From contig NW_003526943.1 of NCBI RefSeq assembly GCF_000181795.1, positions 4,305,228 to 4,369,227 on the forward strand: a stretch of DNA of 64,000 nucleotides, read 5' to 3'. Below the pieces are notes generated by a model. It did not search any database, was not told the origin of the DNA, and saw only the letters and a program-made list of their open reading frames with translations. Source of the DNA: Trichinella spiralis. Taxonomy: Eukaryota. The position numbers were made by a program, and so were the translations under genes. Below are positions 50,356 through 64,000 of the stretch, piece by piece (position 1 is the first letter of the stretch; every line of letters begins with the position of its first letter).

Positions 50356-51933
50356 TTACGTCGCATATACTTCATCTGATGGCTGCATTAAAGCGGTCAA
50401 ATCATTGGTCCAATGAAGCAACTTGCACAACTCCAAGATGCCTTTGACCACATCACCTAAACATTTTAATATAATCTTCATATTTTTACTTGTTTATTGC
50501 AATATGCAGCCATAGTTTATCATTGAAGTATACATAAAAACATGACGTATATTGAAGCACATAAAAATTATTTAAAAATTAAAAAGCTTAAGAATAAGAT
50601 GCACCCATAATGTTACATATTTTATTAATGAAATCAATCGTTACCTTCATAGATATAATCGTTCTGTCTTGGATTCTCAGAAAACTGGCCAACTGCAATT
50701 TTATTTATTAAAAGACGAGGAGTGGTGTGCTTAACCAAGTCGATAATACCAGCAAATGGATAGACCTACAGTACTTTTCATATGAAATTTTATTACTTAT
50801 TCATTTTATTTTAATTTTTTTACCTCTAAAGATGTACCCATAACAATCAGTAAATCCGCACTGGGTATGTCATTAACGTATTTCATAAATCTTAGAGGAA
50901 GCACCTCACCAAAGAAAACAACGTCAGGCTTAATCACTCCCTAGAAGCTCAAATTATTTTAAAAAATAATGACAGCAATGCGATATAAGCTAACCAATAA
51001 ATTAATTTATGGCTAATATTATAATACTGATTATTTAAATGTCACATTTCTGCACATTAATATTGTTCTATATGAAGAAAGTATCTTCATTCTGAAAATT
51101 TCGTTAAATAGATTCTACACCATATATCTTTTGCTTTCTTAAAATGCCATTCATAATTAAGCAACAGTTAAAAGTCACTGTAAGTTATATAAGAAGTAAG
51201 CATCGGTTATTTTATCAAGATACTAACAATATAAATTTCAATCATCGATTGTAAGTTGTTTCATGACTAATTATTATTGGTTAATGCTTTGTGTGATCAG
51301 AAAAGATAAGAAACGTTACTCTGCATCTCTGGCATAGTGGCACTTCTTTACGACGAACAACATCTTGAACTTCTATAAATGAAACTTTTTTAGAACACTG
51401 TGTGCATTTTCCACACCGAAAGCTTCCATGAGCTTCAACTATCATGTTGTGATTTATTCCGGCATCTTTAAAAAATCATTTTAAAAATATAAAATTTACA
51501 AAACATAATAAAATTATTGCCTCTCTCCAAACCGTCAATGTTTTGCGTATACACGCGAAGCAAAAGATCTTTTTCTTGTAACAGCCGAATAAAATAATGA
51601 ACTTCATTAGGTTTGTGGATCCCAGGAAAAAGACGCCAAGCAACTTTGTAAAACAATGTGGGATCCCGTTTGAAAAGTTTCAAATCAAAAACGGATGCTG
51701 GATCTGATATGTTTTCTTCTTTCTGAATTTGACGATAAAAGCCAGATTCTGGACTACTGAAATACATGAATAAATAAAAGTAAAATGCAGTTCACCATGT
51801 CTTTATAAGTATGTAATCACCGGAAATCAGGAATACCAGAAGGAACGCTAATTCCAGCTCCAACTAATACGACAATTCGCTTCACCAAGCTTTCATTGAT
51901 CAAACGAGCAACTGCTTGCAAACTGTCCACCAT
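50356..51933 (-). CDS. Class I sirtuin, SIRT3/SIRT2-like NAD-dependent deacylase; 6 exons
   Basis: [37 protein letters not shown]...VEAHGSF...CTQC...CQRC zinc ribbon; |[12 protein letters not shown]...[19 protein letters not shown]...PRLLIN; last exon GDVVKG...LLHW...YAT* with stop at 50356-50358. Confidence 0.92.
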
Positions 51934-52903
51934 TGTTGGCTTTAAAAATTTGCAAATGACAGTGTAAGCAAATTCAGTTCACAATTAAATTATAGCAATG
52001 TTAGTTTAAAGTAAAACAAACAATAATTTAAAACATAAAATATTTTTACATGACAGTAAAAAATGCTCAGGAATTAATGCGTCACAAAATATGAAATTTG
52101 TGAATTAAAAAGTTTTGGGAAATTTCACTAAGAATTTCTTTGAATATCTGAGAAAATTTACTAGCTAAAGAATTTGACATTCCGAGCACTCAGATAAAGC
52201 ATTATTTTGATAAAAGTGATTTTTTTACAAGAGAATCCATTTGAAATCTTATATAAGAATAGTTTTAAAGAAATTAGCAGCATTTTTTAATCAATTTGTA
52301 TAAGTATTTTAAAAGCAATATTTTGATCAGGAAATTTAATGCGCTGCGCAGAAACATCAAAAGTCTGTCAAATTTTACTGCTATTCATTTTATGAAAGCC
52401 ATTAAGCTTATTACGCCCGTTATTAATCAATCACTTTATTCCATTAATTTAATAAATAATAAGTTAATGTAAAAATTAGCATCTTAATCATTTTCAGTCC
52501 CGAAATACTTTGTGCATGAAATGAAAGTGTACATATCCTTGAAAAACTATATGCATATAATAGAAATATAATTGTTATTGTAATTTAATATTGTGGAAAG
52601 GTGCTTTTAAATACTTTTAAATGTGCACTTTGCAAATGAAAGTCATTCACAGCAGGCAATGCATTATTTTAAATGATAAATAAAATGGCATTAGTATGAA
52701 TAATGAATAGCATCTGTTTAGCATTGCAATTTTTATTGTTTTAATAATAAATGTTAAATCAATAATTTATATTCAGTATTATTAAACTCACTTTAGGCAC
52801 TGGAAAATAAAAATAGCTTGATGTTTGATATCTGGCAGTAGACGTATAATTCTAGGGTTATCCGTGCTTTTTTCTTAAATGGCAATCTGAAATTAGAATA
52901 AAA

Positions 52904-54112
52904 ATGGACGCCAACGAAGCAGAACTTGTAGAAGATTTAGAAGAATTACATGATGGTGTAAGAATTCATCACTGTTCACTGATAGCTCTGGCAATCATAG
53001 CATTTCTTACTAACTGCATATTTTTGGTTGTACTGGATCATGGAAGCGAGCCAAGAAGAACTAAAAATGCTTATGCTGGTAATCTGTTCCACTGATTACA
53101 TCACAATATTTATTTATAACTATTATTTTAAAGACATTCAAAGATAATGAATGATGTATAATTTGTTGTTTTCATAGCTTATATTACTTAATTATCACTA
53201 ATATTTAAATCTAAAAAATCTGTGTGTTAAAATCAAAATTATAGTAGCATAATTTTTATGTATTAAAAAACTTTCTATCTAAAGTTTTCTATTAAATGTT
53301 ACAGATATGTGTGTATAATTTTCTAGGTTATGCAGTTGGTCGTATTTTCTTAGCCTGCGCTGCAGCTTCTGATTTCGGCAGATTGGTACTTATTGGAGAA
53401 AGAATAACTAAAACGGATGCAGCGGGATGCATATTTCACAGTCCTGAAATAGTGTTACTTGTATTTTCAAGAACTTATTCAGCGTTTTCCCAATTAATGC
53501 TATCCGTGTGTGCAATAATACCTGTCATTTGGCAAAAAAACCCCTTACGTAATACGAGAGCAAATTACGGATCGTCTATTCCAAGTTGCAGTATTGATAA
53601 GCTTCATCAACACTTTTGCCTGCATTTTCTCTGTCATGCTTAAAACTGAGAAACATGTGTCGTCTGTGTGTTTTTTTGATTATGTTGTTTCGGATATGTT
53701 TGCCAGTGTATTCTGGGTCATGATCGTTGCAGGTTGCTACATAGCAATTGGGATATACTTTGTAGCTTTTTATTATACCAAACGACGAGAGGAAAAACTG
53801 AAAGCATTGCCAAACATCCAAGTTCGAGATGTGCACTCCAAAGAAACGCTTTTCATTAAACATTTACTACCAATCGTCATTGTGAACATCTTGTTTGAAG
53901 CAGCTCCATATACAATTCGAGCTCTTGTTTCACTTCATTTTCTGCATCCCAAGTATGCCTATTACTGTTCTGATTTAATTTGCCCTGGACTGATTGCATT
54001 TCCTCTTATACGTTTTTGGCACAGTCCATTTAAGCTCGAAATCTATGGCCAAATAAAAAACTTCTTGTTTCGTCCTGAAGCAAAGCCAACACAAATGCTT
54101 CAAAATTTTTGA
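52904..54112 (+). pseudogene. Orphan multi-pass membrane (serpentine-receptor-like) paralog A; 2 exons; +1 frameshift in an A7 run (pseudogene or sequencing error)
   Basis: Exon 1 52904-53078 and exon 2 from 53327 are colinear with paralog B. Removing one A at 53534-53540 gives KTPYVIREQITDRLF, matching KTPYLIREHITDQMF in B, and joins ORFs 53296-53643 and 53594-54112. Confidence 0.7.
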
Positions 54113-54755
54113 ACAGTAAATTTCTATTTTACTTTATTTGCTGCTTTCATTTTGTTATACTGTTGTTATACAGTACTGAAAAAATGTTTTAATGCAGCAA
54201 TCAAAAGAATATATATATAAATACATATTTATCTAAATTATCAAAAATAAAAATCTAATTCTTAAGAAAACCTTTTTTTAAGTTCGGCTCTGTTGCACAA
54301 GTTGCTAACAAAATTGAATTGAATCACTCAACGTGAATACTGTAATAGGTATAATTTTATTTTCTTACAATTTACCTTATGTTTTATGGATTTGTGTATT
54401 CATTATTTTTATTATGCTATACTTACGTGCACATATAAACGTACATATATTTTTCTAAGTAAATTTACAATAATTCTGTTTTTATCATTTGCAAACAAAC
54501 AAGCAATATGTGTAAATCGATAAAAACTTTCGGCATAAAATTAAATAAATCTATATTGAAAGAGTCTTTTTTAATTTTTTGACAAATGAAAAATCAATAT
54601 TTTCAATGAATAGAAAAAGTTTTAATTATTCATTTTATAGATGAATGCTGTACTGGTTGGTGTATGGTGGAAAAGGTAACAACACGGAAAGAGTAATGCA
54701 CTATGTTTATGCAATTCGGTGGTAGCAGATAGCATTGCAATTCTACTACACAGAA

Positions 54756-55818
54756 ATGTCCACAGAAGATAATGCAGACGATTATGACGATTTAGAATCA
54801 GCCATTCGAATTATCCGCATAATTATGATGGGCATAACACTTCTTGCATTTTTTTTCAATTGTGCATTTTTAGTCATTTTGGATTATGGCAAAGAGCCAA
54901 GAAGAATCAAAAACATATTTGCCAGTAAGCAATGAACAAAAATCATTTATTATAGAAGAAATACTGTAAATAAAATTGTTTTTTTAAAAATGGGCAATTT
55001 CAGGTCATACACTTGGTCGAATTCTCATCGCAGCTACTTTAGCATCTGATTATGGCCGTCAGATTGTAATTGGCGAACGGATATCACAAACAAAACCGTT
55101 GGAATGCATACTGCGAAGTCCTGAATTGATTTTGTTGGTCTTTTCTAGCACTTATTCCGCTTTTGCTCAGCTAATGTTGTCAGTTTGCATATTGATACCT
55201 GCACTGCGACCAAAAACACCGTACCTGATCAGGGAGCATATTACTGATCAAATGTTTTTGCTTTCATTATTTATGAGCAGCATAAACGTTGTCGGAAGTA
55301 TACTTTCAATATTTTTCAAAAATGATGTTGACATATCATCACTTTGTTCGTTCGATCTGGTGCTTTTGAAGCCGTACGCATTGTTTCAGTGGACATTCAC
55401 AACTGTCTGTTTTCATATTTCCATCGCAGTCTATGTGACGGCTTTTTACCTGACTCAGAAGCAGGAAGCAAGACGAAAGGAAGTTACCAATTCTCAAGTG
55501 AGGCAAGTGCTTCTTCGTGAGCTGCTTCTCGTCAAACACTTGTTGCCCATTTTTGTTCTCAGCGTTCCGTTCGAACTTCTTCCCCATACTGTGCGCACTT
55601 TCATCGCTTACGGCTACATAGAGCATCGGTTTATCATTTTCTGCTCTTTTGTCAAATGCGTAGGCTTGATCTCATTTCCACTCATATACATCTGCTACAC
55701 ACCACTGAGAACTGTCATGTATACTAAAATGAAAACGAAGCTGGTTATCTGTTTTCAAAAAGAAAAACCAAAAAGCGACACTCATTTCAACAATGAAATC
55801 AATATACACAAAGAATAA
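54756..55818 (+). CDS. Orphan multi-pass membrane (serpentine-receptor-like) paralog B; 2 exons; intact
   Basis: Exons 54756-54925 and 55004-55818 join in phase. About 6-7 hydrophobic segments; same intron position and shared motifs with A (NCxFLVxLDxGxEPRRxKN, SPExxLLVFSxTYSAFxQLMLSVC, KHLLPI). Confidence 0.8.
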
Positions 55819-56916
55819 AGCATAATTATTACAATTTGAAACGTACTGTACTATGATGTATGTTTATGCTCAAATTGAATAGCTCTTTTGTTTTTTCTTT
55901 TGATAATTGCTGCATGAAATGAAATGGAATGAAAATAAACAATGTACATTACGCACATTCGAATATATTTACTACACTAGCGTTTTAGCTAATAAATAAG
56001 CAACAGATTGCAAATACAGTTTACACAGCTTTCGATTTTGTTTTTTTATAACGCAAATATACAAATTTTCTTCACTATTGAATTCACCTTCACTATTGAA
56101 TTTTATGTTGCAGTTGTATTATGTAGCAAATCGTAAAAATAATTCATGAAAGCAGAGATCGTTAGCACTGCAGTTGTGATAAAATGAAACTAATTTCCAC
56201 ATAGGTTATCAACTTTTGTCCCTACAGTATGATTCTTTTATGAAAAATTGAAAATAAATTAAAAAAAATTGAATTGCAATTTTGTAAATGAAAAATCAAA
56301 ACTTGGAAGCAGTAAAATTTTCTTAACAATTTTGAGGCGTGAGTTTTGACAACGTTTCGCTTAATAATTTTGTCAATACAAATATGTAATAAAAGCTATT
56401 TTCTTAACAATAAATAAATATACAACAATGAAAAATTATTATTGATGAACAATCAGTCCATTAAATAGAAAAGAATTTTTATTTGTGAAAGTTAATTAAA
56501 AAATAAAACAGAGTGATTGACAATGCACTACAGCAATGTTTGAATAAACAGTTTAAAATTCTTTAGTCATCTAGCTATGCTAGGAAGAGGTGAGCAAAAT
56601 TCTTCCTTTAATCCCGAACAGAAGATGATGATTTGGTATTGTTTTTTTTAAATATCGACCCAGTGTAAAAAATTTCCCCCATTTCCTTATATTGAAATGA
56701 AAAAAGATCTCAAATGGATTTTCATGTTTTATCAAAATTCAACAACATCAGTAAATGTTGTTTTCATGCGTGAAAAACACCGATGTCGGTGATAATGTGA
56801 CGTAACAATCAAACACGAAGTTCGCATTTTCATCTGTTTAAACAACGCGATGAAATATCATTTTCCTATTTAATGCACAGCATGTGTCAGTTTGCTTTAC
56901 TTTTATGCATCGCAGT

Positions 56917-57500
56917 ATGTTCAGAACTGCTTTTATCATTTTCATCGTCTGCTTCTCGGTGTTTATAGTAAGTTCAGTTTTAGCACAAGCTCAATTCAAG
57001 AATTAAACATTCTGATACAGTAATTATTATATGATATTCGAATAACCAGTATATTAACAATCAATTCAACCTTTTACTTATAAAGTATTTGTAAAGAAAA
57101 ATAACAAGTCATTCACAATATTTCATAGAATTACCTTGTTTATAAGAAGTGAAAATGAGCTGTCATCCACAGATTCAATTTCATTTCATAAATGCAGCAC
57201 ATGTTTTTAAAAAATATTGTTTCAGCACTTCAAAAATTCAAGCATAATCGTTTAAAGTTTTGCATGCTGAGTTTAAATCGTATATAAATTATTACAACAA
57301 GATTAATGAAGATTAAATTTGAAAGAAGTGAAATAATTGTTACTTACAGCATACAGTTTTGTTTTTTAATTTAGTCAGATGGTGATGCATTGCAACGCGC
57401 TGATTCACAAGAAGATCAATCTGAATTTGAAGTTAAAGGTGGTCAATCTTCGGTAACCGTGGAAGATAGAAGAGACGAAGATTTCACAATGATGGACTGA
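56917..57500 (+). CDS. Candidate 58-aa secreted acidic peptide; 2 exons; not in the ORF track
   Basis: gcag|tATG, then MFRTAFIIFIVCFSVFI (56917-56967) with a consensus GTAAGT donor. Acceptor ttttaatttag at 57374 leads to in-frame SDGDALQRADSQEDQSEFEVKGGQSSVTVEDRRDEDFTMMD* (57375-57500). No homology recognised. Confidence 0.35.
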
Positions 57501-58076
57501 CGAGAACACAACACCAACCAACAATCAGCTATTTTCATTGTCAATTTCAAAATTGAAATGCAAATATGTCTTTGAATCAACTGAAGTAAATTGAAAGCAA
57601 AGAAAAAAACAGCACACGAACTTTTTGAATTTTAAACTTTCATTAAACTGTCAATTGATATGTGAAAATCAAAGCTTGAACTTATTTGTATTGCAAATGC
57701 TTAAAAAATTTAAAACGTCAACAGTTTTTTTTGTAAAAGTTTAGAAGTATGTTACGCATTTATAATAATATAAAAATTCTTATTCCAATTCAAACTTCTT
57801 TTAGTACGACGAATAACATTGAATAGAAAAAAACTTATTCAAAATTTAAATTTATACCAATAACCAGCGTACAACAAACAATACAAAAGCAGAACACAAT
57901 TTGAAAATTACAGATTATAATTTATTGGTGCGTTGAACAAGTATAACGAGTTAAGAATACTGTAAGCGAAAAGGCAATTGGCAATCAGGTGCGACTTTAC
58001 CAACACAAAACAACAAGTCGCTTTTGCATATTCAAAGTAGAAAGAAAGTTGCAAGATGCTAGGTTGGTTGGTTGGT

Positions 58077-63921
<5,845 letters not shown>

Positions 63922-64000
63922 CTAGAAATGATAAAAAAAGCAAAGTAAATGGAAAAATTATTCATCAAATAAATTAATACTACTTTTGTAAGCTATTACA

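Overview
AT-rich eukaryotic genomic DNA with short (mostly 50-90 nt) GT-AG introns. The gene content and a FLYWCH/MULE repeat family point to a nematode, most likely a clade I species such as Trichinella (inference from style, not a database result). I can support about 16 protein-coding genes: a class B GPCR (seb-3-like), a membrane-anchored GH31 alpha-glucosidase, WDR7/rabconnectin-3beta, a GDE1-like phosphodiesterase with a CK1/TTBK-like kinase nested antisense in intron 2, TMUB, a CRP/MLP LIM protein, a prenylcysteine oxidase and Nup50 pair that looks like an operon, a fibrinogen-domain protein with a Pro-rich heptad repeat, an intronless PP1, a SIRT3-like sirtuin with a GC-AG intron, two tandem orphan multi-pass membrane paralogs (one frameshifted), and the 3' part of an SLK/LOK STE20 kinase. 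A small secreted-peptide gene missed by the ORF track is a further candidate. Region 38.8-42 kb is a nest of DNA transposon remnants next to assembly gaps. I see no prokaryotic-type system, CRISPR array, rRNA or tRNA. Exon boundaries were read by eye and may be off by a few bases.
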